Assembly (NCBI RefSeq): GCF_000406145.1
Contig: NZ_CM001976.1
Span: 4,639,545-4,671,544 of the forward strand
Reading direction: 5' to 3'
Length of the DNA stretch: 32,000 bases
Origin: Dickeya dadantii NCPPB 898
Lineage (GTDB): Bacteria; Pseudomonadota; Gammaproteobacteria; Enterobacterales; Enterobacteriaceae
The notes below the pieces were generated by a model. It was not told the DNA's origin. It was given only the letters and a program-made list of their open reading frames with translations, and made no database searches. A program made the translations under genes and the position numbers. Each line of letters starts with the position of its first letter. Position 1 is the first letter of the stretch. Of the stretch, positions 15,501-24,465 are shown in pieces.

Positions 15501-17050
15501 AAATTAATGAGTTCGCAATCGGGCAGCGTCTCCAGACACGCCTGCGCCAGGTGCTTTTGCAGCGCTTCGCCGCCGCTGAAAATCTGCCTCAGCGCCGGGC
15601 AATGCGTTAGACGTTCGGTGTCCAGCAGCGCCTGCAACAGCGTCGGCACGCACTGCAGCGTGGTCACCCGATACTCCGCCAGCATGTCCACCAGTTGTTC
15701 CGGATTCCGGTACACGCCCGGTTCGCCCATCACCACCCGGCAACCGCAGGCTGGCGACAGAATTTCCCACTGTGCCGCGTCAAAGCTCATCGGCGTTTTC
15801 TGCAGAATCACCGTCTCAGCATTCAGCCCAACGGTTTGCGCCAGCCAGTTCATCTGATTCAGCACGCTATGATGTTCAATCATCACGCCTTTCGGCTTGC
15901 CGGTGCTGCCGGAGGTATAAATCACATAGGCCAGATGATGCGGTGCGATATCGTTCTGCGGCGCGTCGGGCAGGGAGTGAGCGTGCTGCCGCATAAACGC
16001 ATCGACATCGTCCGACGTCACCACCTGAATTCCCGGCGGAGCCAGCGCCAGCAGCCGCTCGCGCAAATGGGGCTGGGTAACGATGATACGGGTTTGGCTG
16101 TTCTCCAGCATATAAGCCAGCCGATCTTCCGGGTATCCCGGCGACAACGGCAGATAGACGTTGCCGGACAGCAGGATCCCCCAGACGCCGGTCATTAGCG
16201 CCAGCGACGGCTCGACAAATAACCCCACGCAACGCTCGCGCTCCGTCTCCAGCGCATTCAGGTAGTGCGCCAGCGCGCCCGCCTGCTGGTAGAGCTGCCG
16301 ATAACTTAGCGTCTCATCGCGAAACACCACCGCGGTCTGTTCCGGATGGCGTTGCGCCCGGTTCTTCAGCCTTGCGGCGACGGTCGTTTCTCCGTCCCAC
16401 GCCTGTTCGGTCTGGTTAAAGGCGTGCAGCACGCGTTGGCGCTCTGCATCGTCAATCAACCCGATATCGCGCAGCGTTTCTGCGCCGTTTTTTGCGGCTG
16501 ACGCCGTTATCTGGCGCCATACCTCCGGCAGTTTTTGCATCTGCGTCGCACTGAAACGGGCCGGGTTAAACCGCAGCGTCAGCACAAGCGCGTCTTCGCG
16601 ACTGGCAACATGGCATGTCAGCGCCTGAACCGGTTCGCTTTCTACCGGCGGCTGCCAGGATATTTCCAGGTCAAAGATATCGTGAAGCGCATGTTGCGGA
16701 CCCAGCGTCAGCACGCTGGCGCCCATAGCATTTTTCTGATGAATGGCATCCGGCGTCATCCAGGTCATTATTTCGCGAATAAAACCGGCAATAGGCGTTG
16801 CGCTATTGAACCGAATATTCAGCGGGAGAATATCTTGACGAATACATTCATCATCTTTCCAGCGAGTTATTTCCTGCGGATGTAAATGAAAACCGACAAT
16901 CATTTCTTCATTTTGAGTAATACGTGATACCGCCAGCGCCAGGGCAGAAAAAAGATAACGAGCCAGAGCGATGTCGTCATGTTCGGGTAATAATCCTTTA
17001 TTCAAAACCAATACCGGGTAATTAAATGCGTGATTCGAGATGTTATCCAT
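12584..17050 (-). CDS. indC: Indigoidine synthase, a single-module NRPS (N-terminal extension, A domain with embedded oxidase domain, T, TE)
   Basis: 1488 aa. A-domain cores are LAYVIYTSGSTGKPKG, NLYGPTE, GELYIGGDGVARGYL, YQTGDIA and GRADNQVKLRGYRVELDEI. About 400 aa are inserted before the A10 core (LTANGKID), the same position as the Ox domain in BpsA/IndC-type enzymes. The T-domain motif is FFESGGNSLIAV and the TE motif is GYSFGARVA. GAGGA lies upstream of the ATG at 17050. Confidence 0.95.
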   Translation of the reverse strand: MDNISNHAFNYPVLVLNKGLLPEHDDIALARYLFSALALAVSRITQNEEMIVGFHLHPQEITRWKDDECIRQDILPLNIRFNSATPIAGFIREIMTWMTPDAIHQKNAMGASVLTLGPQHALHDIFDLEISWQPPVESEPVQALTCHVASREDALVLTLRFNPARFSATQMQKLPEVWRQITASAAKNGAETLRDIGLIDDAERQRVLHAFNQTEQAWDGETTVAARLKNRAQRHPEQTAVVFRDETLSYRQLYQQAGALAHYLNALETERERCVGLFVEPSLALMTGVWGILLSGNVYLPLSPGYPEDRLAYMLENSQTRIIVTQPHLRERLLALAPPGIQVVTSDDVDAFMRQHAHSLPDAPQNDIAPHHLAYVIYTSGSTGKPKGVMIEHHSVLNQMNWLAQTVGLNAETVILQKTPMSFDAAQWEILSPACGCRVVMGEPGVYRNPEQLVDMLAEYRVTTLQCVPTLLQALLDTERLTHCPALRQIFSGGEALQKHLAQACLETLPDCELINLYGPTECTINSSAFRVDPVSVRQGPDTLSIGAPVANTRYYILDNCLTPVAVGQIGELYIGGDGVARGYLNRDDLTAERFIVDPFAPAGSGRRLYQTGDIASWNPDGTVQYAGRADNQVKLRGYRVELDEIRSAIETHEWVKAAAVIVRNDPFTGYQNLISFIELNAREAALMDQGNHGSHHQSKADKAQVMLQLANKGCREFPAASQPYTLDLPGKQPDEKQRLTAFSRKTYRFYDGGAVSRDDILSLLHEPLLTAISRRPDALTLDELGHWLRYLGQFTSAERLLPKYTYASPGALYATQVFLELNGVAGLTAGHYYYQPVHHQLVRVSEQAAVTPGSLRLHFVGKKSAIEPIYKNNIREVLQMEMGHIIGMLDIILPDYGLGVALCDAAALDPTPLAINPDDDYLGACDVLSGPRLPADDDLDIYVQTAGTNIADLPVGTYRYVRGDLQHIADDVIDKKHVIAINQAVYERSSFGISVASRTEGWAGYVHVGRKLQRLQMNPLNIGLMSSGYSSETGNDLPAARRFWQILGHRTGPYYFFIGGRISDEQKYSEGMREDAVHMKGPAEMIRDDLAAFMPDYMMPNKVLILDEMPLTANGKIDMKALANINVELKHKTIVAPRNPLEHQVMAIWQAKLKREEMSVDDNFFESGGNSLIAVSLINELNATLNASLPLQVLFQAPTVEKLAAWLSRARQEPVSRLVQLQPKGRQAPIYCWPGLGGYCMNLRLLARQLGAERPFFGIQAHGINPDETPYATIGEMAARDIELIRQHQPHGPYTLWGYSFGARVAFETAWQLELAGEVVENLYLLAPGSPKLRDERVAAMNRKADFDNPGYLTILFSVFIGSITDPELERCLETVRDEGSFVAFITGLNPALDDGLVRRITRIVAQTFEFTYTFSELQQRQLNAPVTIIKAQGDDYSFIENHGGFSAQPPTVLELMADHYSMLKAPGIDELTSVIQYQQSPPSLVG

Positions 17051-17143
17051 TACAATCCTCGTGCATAAATCAATAAAAATAAATCGAGCGGTTTTATTTC
17101 AGGGTAAAGCGCCGTATATAAGATTTAACCTTATATCCGTCAT

Positions 17144-17326
17144 ATATCCGTCATACTTCAATTTTCAGGTGCGTTGATTTTATTACTCGCCCCCTGGGGC
17201 CGCAGTTGGCTGCATTCAGATCCGTTCCAGGCAGATTTGTCGCTCACCCCGGTCACTTACCTTGGTAAGCGCCCGGGGATTCGCTGCGTCGCCGCCGTCC
17301 TGCAACTCAAATTACTTTGGGTGTAG
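17144..17326. repeat. ERIC/IRU-type intergenic repeat, an enlarged variant with internal insertions
   Basis: The core 17241-17284 (CGCTCACCCCGGTCACTTACCTTGGTAAGCGCCCGGGGATTCGC) matches the ERIC central palindrome on which the ERIC1R/ERIC2 primers are based. The outer arms (ATCCGTCATACTTCAA.. / ..CCTGCAACTCAAATTACTT) resemble ERIC ends. The terminal 11-mer ATATCCGTCAT is duplicated in tandem (17133-17143 and 17144-17154). Confidence 0.7.
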
Positions 17327-17390
17327 ACTCCTGTCTTCAGGCCAAATCCATTTTTGGGGCAATAAAACGACTAAGAAAAATCAGACAGAA

Positions 17391-18083
17391 TCAACAATAA
17401 GATACCGGGGAAGAAGACAGTTTTAATAACGCGTGGGCAGCCCCGACTACCTCGCTAAACGTATCAACAATCACCTGCGGTTCCGCCGCTTTTAACTGGT
17501 CGGTGGTATGAATCCCCCAGGTGACGCCAATAGCGGCCATGCCGGCCTGTTTCGCCATCAGCAAATCGTGCGTGGTGTCGCCCACCATCGCGGTGGTCGC
17601 CGCATCAGCGCCCAAACGGGACATCGCCAGCAGCCCCATTTCAGGATGCGGTTTGGGGTGCGCTACCATGTCCGCCCCCAGCACCAGATCGAAATACGAC
17701 CATAATCCGGCCGCCTCCAGCAGCGCTTTCGCACTGGCGAATACCTTGCTGGTGGCGACCGCCAGCGTATACCCTTGCCCTTTCAGCAGCGCCAGCCCCT
17801 CCACCACGCCGGGAAAGACCAGCCCCGGCGCCTGCGGCAGCACCTGCTCACGGAAAACGGCCTGATACTGCCTGACGGCGGCGGTTACCCTTTCATCCTC
17901 GACCGGCAACGCCAGAATCTGACCAAAGGCTTTTTCCAGCGGCAAACCGATAGTGGCGCGAATGGCGCGCCGGTCCTCAAACGGCATCGACAGATCGCGC
18001 AACGCCGTGATAAACGCGCTAACAATGCCGCTCGGCGTGTCGACCAGCGTGCCGTCCAGATCAAAAATCACAAGTGGTTTCAT
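17391..18083 (-). CDS. indB: HAD-superfamily phosphatase (indigoidine pathway IndB)
   Basis: 230 aa. HAD motifs are IFDLDGTLVDT (DxDxT), ATSK and GDTTHDLLMA. The gene is positioned between indA and indC. Confidence 0.9.
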   Translation of the reverse strand: MKPLVIFDLDGTLVDTPSGIVSAFITALRDLSMPFEDRRAIRATIGLPLEKAFGQILALPVEDERVTAAVRQYQAVFREQVLPQAPGLVFPGVVEGLALLKGQGYTLAVATSKVFASAKALLEAAGLWSYFDLVLGADMVAHPKPHPEMGLLAMSRLGADAATTAMVGDTTHDLLMAKQAGMAAIGVTWGIHTTDQLKAAEPQVIVDTFSEVVGAAHALLKLSSSPVSYC

Positions 18084-18094
18084 GAGACATATCC

Positions 18095-19045
18095 TTATGC
18101 CTGGTTTTGCTGCCGCAGATAGTCGATATGAGCGCAGGCCAGTTTGCCGGCCAGCGCGGCCGTACTGATCAGCACCGACATGTTGGCTTTGACCGTCTTT
18201 CCTTCCGTGGCTTTAGCGATGGCACGCATCAGATAAGGCGTGGCGCCCGGCCCACGAATACCTTCATGCTCCGCCTGAAGGGCGGCTTCACGGATAATCG
18301 ACTCCACCTCATCTGTGTCGATGGCGTCCTCTTCGCGAATAGGATGGGTAATCAACACCGAACTCTGGTTACCCAGCTTCCAGTGCATGTCGATGGAACG
18401 GGCAATGACCGTGGCGTCGTCCAGCCGATGGGGGCTGTGAAAACCGCTGGAACGACAATAAAAAGCGGGGAAATCGTCAGATTGATAGGAAATGATGGGG
18501 ACGCACTGGGTTTCCAGATATTCAAGCGTCAAGCCAAGATCGAGAATACTCTTGGCGCCGGCGCACACCACCGCGACCCGGGAGCGGGTGAACTGGATCA
18601 GGTCGGCGGAAATATCCATCGACCGCTCGGCGCCGCGATGTACGCCGCCGATGCCCGCCGACGCAAAGAAAGGAATGCCGGCCAGATCCGCCGCCACCAG
18701 CGACGACGCCACGGTGGTCGCGCCCATGCCGCCTTGCGCCAGAATCACCGGAATATCACGGCTGCTGGCTTTTGGAATGCCCCTGGTCGAACCAAACCGT
18801 TCAAGATCGGCGTCCGACATGCCAATCAGAAACCGGCCGTTTTCGATGCCGATCGTCGCAGGAATCGCCCCTTCGGCACGCACCGCGGCCTCAATCTTTC
18901 TGGCCGTAGCCACATTCTCAGGATAAGGCAGGCCGTGGGCGATCACGGTCGACTCCAGCGCCACCACCGGTTTACCGGAATGCAGCGCCTCCTTTACCTC
19001 ATCACTAAACCGCAGTAAATCATGCGAAAAATCCGTTTTAGACAT
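18095..19045 (-). CDS. indA: IndA / pseudouridine-5'-phosphate glycosidase-family protein
   Basis: 316 aa. The N-terminus ([27 protein letters not shown]) and [10 protein letters not shown] are typical of the PsuG/IndA family. It is the first gene of the indA-indB-indC string. Confidence 0.9.
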   Translation of the reverse strand: MSKTDFSHDLLRFSDEVKEALHSGKPVVALESTVIAHGLPYPENVATARKIEAAVRAEGAIPATIGIENGRFLIGMSDADLERFGSTRGIPKASSRDIPVILAQGGMGATTVASSLVAADLAGIPFFASAGIGGVHRGAERSMDISADLIQFTRSRVAVVCAGAKSILDLGLTLEYLETQCVPIISYQSDDFPAFYCRSSGFHSPHRLDDATVIARSIDMHWKLGNQSSVLITHPIREEDAIDTDEVESIIREAALQAEHEGIRGPGATPYLMRAIAKATEGKTVKANMSVLISTAALAGKLACAHIDYLRQQNQA

Positions 19046-19164
19046 AATATTCTCTCATCCTGGGCGATTATGTCAGGTTATATCCGGACGATGTCGTTCC
19101 CGCAGACGCAGGTATGACTCACGTCTGGTATCAATGACATAGTAATCATTGGTTTCACGATATC

Positions 19165-19197
19165 ATCGATAATAATACATCCTGAATTATTATCGAT
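19165..19197. promoter_or_regulatory. Perfect 12-bp inverted repeat ATCGATAATAAT-N9-ATTATTATCGAT upstream of indA
   Basis: Read directly. It lies about 120-150 bp upstream of the indA ATG (19045) in an AT-rich 345-bp intergenic region. No function has been shown. Confidence 0.3.
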
Positions 19198-19390
19198 TCG
19201 TATTTAAGCGCTAGTGGATTATTTTCATCGACCAGCACATAACATCTTCATTAAATTAAAAAACGTTTTTCCTGTCTGCAAGATATTGGCTATTGATACG
19301 ATAACCTAAATTTATTAAGCAATATGTATATTACTTTAACATTTCATGTCCAAGATTATTTTGTGATATGCAACACAAAAAAAATATTAT

Positions 19391-20284
19391 TTATTTTATC
19401 ACACAGTCAGATTGTTCCAGCGGCTTCACTTTTTTTCTTCTGCTAAATAACGAAATATCCTGCACAATAATAAGTGCCGAGAAAATGAATACCACTCCGA
19501 CCAATTGCGCGCCGGAAAGCCCTTGCTGCAAAAATAAAAATCCCAGCAGCAGCGCGACCAGCGGGCTGAGAAAACCCAGCAGCGACATAATCACGGGCGA
19601 ATTAGCTTCAAGACCAGAAAACCACATGAAATAGGCCAGCAAAGAACCGGGAATCGCCAGATACAAATAGCCGGCAAGGTTGGTCAGGGTCACCAGGTCC
19701 GGCAATGGTTCCGTCAGCATCTGTACAGGCAGAATCACCAGCCCACCGCAAAACAGCTGCCAGCCGGTAAACGTCAGCATCGTCATTCCGGCCGGTCGGC
19801 CCCATTTTTTGGTCAGCACCAGACCGGACGCCATACTCATCGTCGCCAGCGCCGACGCCACCAGCCCGGCGGGGTTCAGCGGCGCTTTCGGCAGCGAAAT
19901 CAGCAGCACAATACCGATGCCGCCGGCTACGGCCGCCACCATCTGCTTTTTCAGCACCGGCTGCGTCAGCAACAGGAAAGACAGCAGGATCACGATCAGC
20001 GGCTGAAGCGACCCCACCAGCGCCACCACGCCACCAGGCAGGCGATAGGCGGCAAAAAACAGCATCACAAAAAACACGCCGATATTAAGCGCGCCCAGCA
20101 CAAACAGGCGCCACAGCCAGCCGACCGGCGGCAGGTTTTTACCGAGAATGAGAATAATACCAGCCGGTAGCGCCCGGATCAGGGCCGCCAGCAGCGGCTT
20201 ATCGGCAGGAAGAAACTGAGTGGTGACAAAGTAGGTCGTTCCCCAAACACAGGGAGCGTAAAAAGCGAAATCTTTTAATTTCAC
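19391..20284 (-). CDS. pecM: EamA/DMT-family membrane transporter
   Basis: 297 aa with ten hydrophobic segments. It has a GTG start preceded by GAGGAAGG. It is divergent from the MarR gene, as in the Dickeya pecS-pecM pair. Confidence 0.85.
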   Translation of the reverse strand: MKLKDFAFYAPCVWGTTYFVTTQFLPADKPLLAALIRALPAGIILILGKNLPPVGWLWRLFVLGALNIGVFFVMLFFAAYRLPGGVVALVGSLQPLIVILLSFLLLTQPVLKKQMVAAVAGGIGIVLLISLPKAPLNPAGLVASALATMSMASGLVLTKKWGRPAGMTMLTFTGWQLFCGGLVILPVQMLTEPLPDLVTLTNLAGYLYLAIPGSLLAYFMWFSGLEANSPVIMSLLGFLSPLVALLLGFLFLQQGLSGAQLVGVVFIFSALIIVQDISLFSRRKKVKPLEQSDCVIK

Positions 20285-20468
20285 GAGTGAACCTTCCTCA
20301 AACTATGCCTGTCAAAAGCAGAGGCCAGTTTACCAACCCCTTGCTCAGCCTGAGGCGTACCGCCTCCCTGGCCGTACAGAAGGGCGCACATCCATGTGCA
20401 GTTCTCCTGACTTACTCACTTTTGATCTTCCCGTATCTTGACGCATCACATCCTGTGACACCGATGAA

Positions 20469-20499
20469 CAACACTGTATATTACGATTTCGTAATATAC
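20469..20499. promoter_or_regulatory. Candidate PecS operator: 24-bp palindrome GTATATTACGA-TT-TCGTAATATAC
   Basis: Positions 20476-20491 (GTATATTACGAtttCG) match positions -4 to +11 of the PecS consensus as I remember it (CGANWTCGTATATTACGANNNCG). The opposite strand gives a second overlapping match. The site lies in the pecS-pecM divergent intergenic region. Confidence 0.55.
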
Positions 20500-20642
20500 G
20501 CATACGTAATTAGTATGTCAATAACATCTGACATTGAATATTTCTTTCCGGAATATTACAGTAGGGTTGATCGCGTAATGGTATTGACCTACGCCTTAAT
20601 AAAAAGGAATGGTTTTTTATATTAATCAAGGATATCTAGTTA

Positions 20643-21143
20643 ATGGCACGCTACCTGGAAGTATCAGATATTGTTCAACAATGGCGCAATGAGCGCCCCG
20701 ACCTCGATGTCGAGCCCATGCTGGTGATTGGCACCCTGTCCCGTGTCAGTCTGCTGATTGACCGCGCCCTGGACAAGGTATTCAGCAAATACAAACTGAG
20801 CGCCCGCGAGTTCGACATTCTGGCGACCCTGCGCAGACGAGGCGCGCCTTATGCCATCAGCCCGTCTCAGATCGTCAACGCACTGATGATCAACAACAGC
20901 ACCCTGACCAGCCGGCTGGACAGGTTGGAGCAGGCTGGTTGGCTGCGTCGGATGCCGATTGAAGGCGACCGCCGTTCGGTCAACATCCAACTGACCGATG
21001 AGGGGTTTGCCCTGATCAATCGGGTGGTGGAAGAGCATGTGGAAAATGAACGCGACATTCTCTCGCCGTTCAGTGAAGAAGAAAAAACCCATCTGCGCGC
21101 CCTGCTGGGACGTGTTGAAAAACACCTGGTGAACAACCGCTAA
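20643..21143 (+). CDS. pecS: MarR-family transcriptional regulator
   Basis: 166 aa with a winged-helix core (LSAREFDILATLRRRGAPYAISPSQIVNALMINNSTLTSRLDRLEQAGWLRR). It is divergent from the EamA transporter and next to the ind genes. Confidence 0.9.
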   Translation: MARYLEVSDIVQQWRNERPDLDVEPMLVIGTLSRVSLLIDRALDKVFSKYKLSAREFDILATLRRRGAPYAISPSQIVNALMINNSTLTSRLDRLEQAGWLRRMPIEGDRRSVNIQLTDEGFALINRVVEEHVENERDILSPFSEEEKTHLRALLGRVEKHLVNNR

Positions 21144-21188
21144 TGTTCAGGTGACATCGCGGTCTGGCGGCAAAAGACGTCGGGCACT

Positions 21189-21217
21189 AAAAAGGGCATC
21201 CAGACGGATGCCCTTTT
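21189..21217. terminator. Bidirectional rho-independent terminator between convergent pecS and argG
   Basis: The sequence is AAAAA-GGGCATCC-agac-GGATGCCC-TTTT: an 8-bp stem with A and T runs on the two sides. Confidence 0.75.
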
Positions 21218-21238
21218 GTCGTTACATTCAGGCTGCGA

Positions 21239-22645
<1,407 letters not shown>

Positions 22646-22724
22646 TTACGCAATGTCTGGTCATGCATTGAGACGCGCACGACACGGCGCCATCAGAATC
22701 GACTGCGGTGAACCACCGCGCATC

Positions 22725-22764
22725 AATGCATATTTATGCAAAATTTATGATTGATAATTTAAAC
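22725..22764. promoter_or_regulatory. Putative ArgR operator (two ARG boxes)
   Basis: AATGCATATTTATGCAAA (22725-42) matches wNTGAATwwwwATTCANw at 16/18 positions. TATGATTGATAATTTAAA (22747-64) matches at about 15/18. The 4-bp gap is one more than the usual 3. The site lies about 140-175 bp upstream of argG. Confidence 0.45.
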
Positions 22765-22915
22765 ATCTTTTCCGGCGGACCGGAAGAGAGGAGGCGGATT
22801 TTCAGGAAAAAAATTCGCTACGGCAACGTCCGGCCCCAAGGCAGGGCCAAAAAGCCGCCGTTTTTCACGCTGCCGGCACCGCTGTTTTATATTGCTGCGT
22901 TATAAAGCAACGCGG

Positions 22916-23827
22916 CTATAACGGCAAACGCGCCCAGCCATGAAGCAGCATATACACGCCCACTACTGCGATCAGCAGGCTGGAGAAATAGGGCGCACGA
23001 CGCATCAACGTGGCAAATCCCGGCCAGCGGCGGCTGGCCCGCTGCACGCTGAGCGCTGCGCCGACCCCTACGGCCACCAGCGTCAACGCCAGCCCGATAC
23101 TGAAACACACTACCAGCGCCGCCCCCAGCGTAAAAGCCTTCACCTGAATACATAACAGCAGCACCGTGATGGCCGCCGGGCAGGGAATCAGCCCGCCGGT
23201 CAGGCCAAACAGCAGAATTTGTCCGTTGGTCGCTTCCCGGTTGGCGAAACGCTGGCGTATCTCATTAGCGTGCGCTCGCTCATGCGCATCCTGATACTCA
23301 TCATGAGCCAGTGCGTGGTCATGCGGATGCCCGGCGTGAGGGTGGCCGTGATTATGCTCATGGTGATGATGGGCATGTTCGTGATGGTCATCGTGATGAT
23401 GACTGCCGTGGTGATGCTCGTGGTGGTGATGGTGATGATCATGGCCGTGGTCATGGCTATGCTGATGTTGCCGCCATGCTCGCTCGTCGCGCCAGGTACG
23501 CCAGAACATCCAGATAGCGGTCCCCAGAATAATGATGCCGGAAATAAACTGCAGCCAGGGTTCGGCGGATTCAGCGGTAAATTGCTGGCTCAGGTACATA
23601 CCGCCCAGCGCAATCAGCCAGACTACCGCAGTATGAGATAACGTAGCGGCAACCCCCAGCATCACCGCCTGTTTCACCGTGCCGCGAATCGCCACGATAA
23701 ACGCCGCCATCATGGTCTTGGAATGCCCCGGCTCCAGGCCATGCAACGCGCCTAACAGTACCGCACTGGGAATAAACAGCCAGGCGTTAGCCACGCCCTG
23801 CTGCAAAAGTAAGGAAAAATCCGTCAT
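22916..23827 (-). CDS. rcnA: Nickel/cobalt efflux protein RcnA with a very long His-rich cytoplasmic loop
   Basis: 303 aa. The N-terminus (LLQQG..WLFIPSAVLLGALHGLEPGHSKTMMAAFIVAIRGT) is RcnA/NicO-like. The His-rich loop reads HQHSHDHGHDHHHHHHEHHHGSHHHDDHHEHAHHHHEHNHGHPHAGHPHDH. Confidence 0.9.
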   Translation of the reverse strand: MTDFSLLLQQGVANAWLFIPSAVLLGALHGLEPGHSKTMMAAFIVAIRGTVKQAVMLGVAATLSHTAVVWLIALGGMYLSQQFTAESAEPWLQFISGIIILGTAIWMFWRTWRDERAWRQHQHSHDHGHDHHHHHHEHHHGSHHHDDHHEHAHHHHEHNHGHPHAGHPHDHALAHDEYQDAHERAHANEIRQRFANREATNGQILLFGLTGGLIPCPAAITVLLLCIQVKAFTLGAALVVCFSIGLALTLVAVGVGAALSVQRASRRWPGFATLMRRAPYFSSLLIAVVGVYMLLHGWARLPL

Positions 23828-23884
23828 AGTTAGCGTCCGAATCAGGCGGTCGGAGGGCGGCCTGGAAGTGAAATGATGAAAATA

Positions 23885-23899
23885 TACTATACCCCAGTA
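23885..23899. promoter_or_regulatory. Candidate RcnR operator (TACT-G/C tract-AGTA type)
   Basis: TACTATACCCCAGTA (reverse complement TACTGGGGTATAGTA) lies in the rcnA-rcnR divergent intergenic region. It resembles the E. coli TACT-G6-N-AGTA site as I remember it. I saw only one copy. Confidence 0.5.
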
Positions 23900-23925
23900 T
23901 ATGACCAGACAAGACGGGAGCCGCC

Positions 23926-24204
23926 ATGCCGCATACCATTAATGAAAAAAAGAAACTGCTGACGCGCGTCAGACGCATCAAAGGTCAGACGGAAGCGCTG
24001 GAAAAAGCGTTGGACGGAGGGGGACGCTCATGCCTGGAAATTCTGCAGCAGATCGCCGCCATTCGGGGAGCGGTGAACGGGTTGATGGGGGAGGTGCTGG
24101 AAGGCCACATCCGCGACCATCTGATGAATGAAGAAGCGGACCCGGCGGAACGCGCCACCGATCTGGAAGCGATCGTGACGGTGATTCGTTCCTATATGAA
24201 GTAG
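23926..24204 (+). CDS. rcnR: RcnR/FrmR/CsoR-family metal-responsive repressor
   Basis: 92 aa. The sequence MPHTINEKKKLLTRVRRIKGQTEALEKAL..CLEILQQIAAIRGAVNGLMGEVLEGHIRDHL carries the His3 and Cys/His ligand pattern of the family. It is divergent from rcnA. Confidence 0.85.
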   Translation: MPHTINEKKKLLTRVRRIKGQTEALEKALDGGGRSCLEILQQIAAIRGAVNGLMGEVLEGHIRDHLMNEEADPAERATDLEAIVTVIRSYMK

Positions 24205-24233
24205 CGTGTAATGAAGTAGCCTGTATGAAGTGA
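24196..24233 (+). repeat. Imperfect tandem triplication of the rcnR 3' end (ATGAAGTAG, ATGAAGTAG, ATGAAGTGA; periods 15 and 14 bp)
   Basis: Read directly. The first copy contains the rcnR stop codon, and copies 2 and 3 lie just downstream. Confidence 0.8.
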
Positions 24234-24465
24234 TTGGCTAAAATAGCCGACCCCACGCAACCGGTCGCCATCGTCCATGCCTTACCGGGCGGCGATCACG
24301 GCATGAAGGGAGCGAGTATAGCGCTGTTTATCGCCAGCACGGGCGAGCAAACATCGATTACGCGACCCACCACTCAATATTGAAACGATATTTCATTTTA
24401 AACAGGTTTCTTTGCTATCCTCGGCCGCACAGATGTTCCTCCCTTTGATGATTGCTGGAGATACC

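Noticed and set aside
18107..19018. 303-aa plus-strand ORF, and the 144-aa ORF at 18492..18926
   Set aside because: Both are antisense to indA, whose own frame has clear family motifs.
20287..20625. 112-aa plus-strand ORF in the pecS-pecM intergenic region
   Set aside because: It covers the divergent promoter/operator region and has no supporting signals. The region is better explained as regulatory DNA.
12584..21143. The ind/pecSM block considered as a mobile genomic island
   Set aside because: No integrase, transposase, tRNA attachment site or flanking direct repeats are visible in the window. The only repeat element is an ERIC copy, which is not itself evidence of mobility.
23219..23641. 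Plus-strand ORFs with VVM/MVM repeats opposite the rcnA His-rich tract, which could be mistaken for a repeat array
   Set aside because: They are the reverse-complement reading of the CAT/CAC-rich His loop of rcnA. They show neither the regular repeat-spacer structure of a CRISPR array nor the features of an independent gene.
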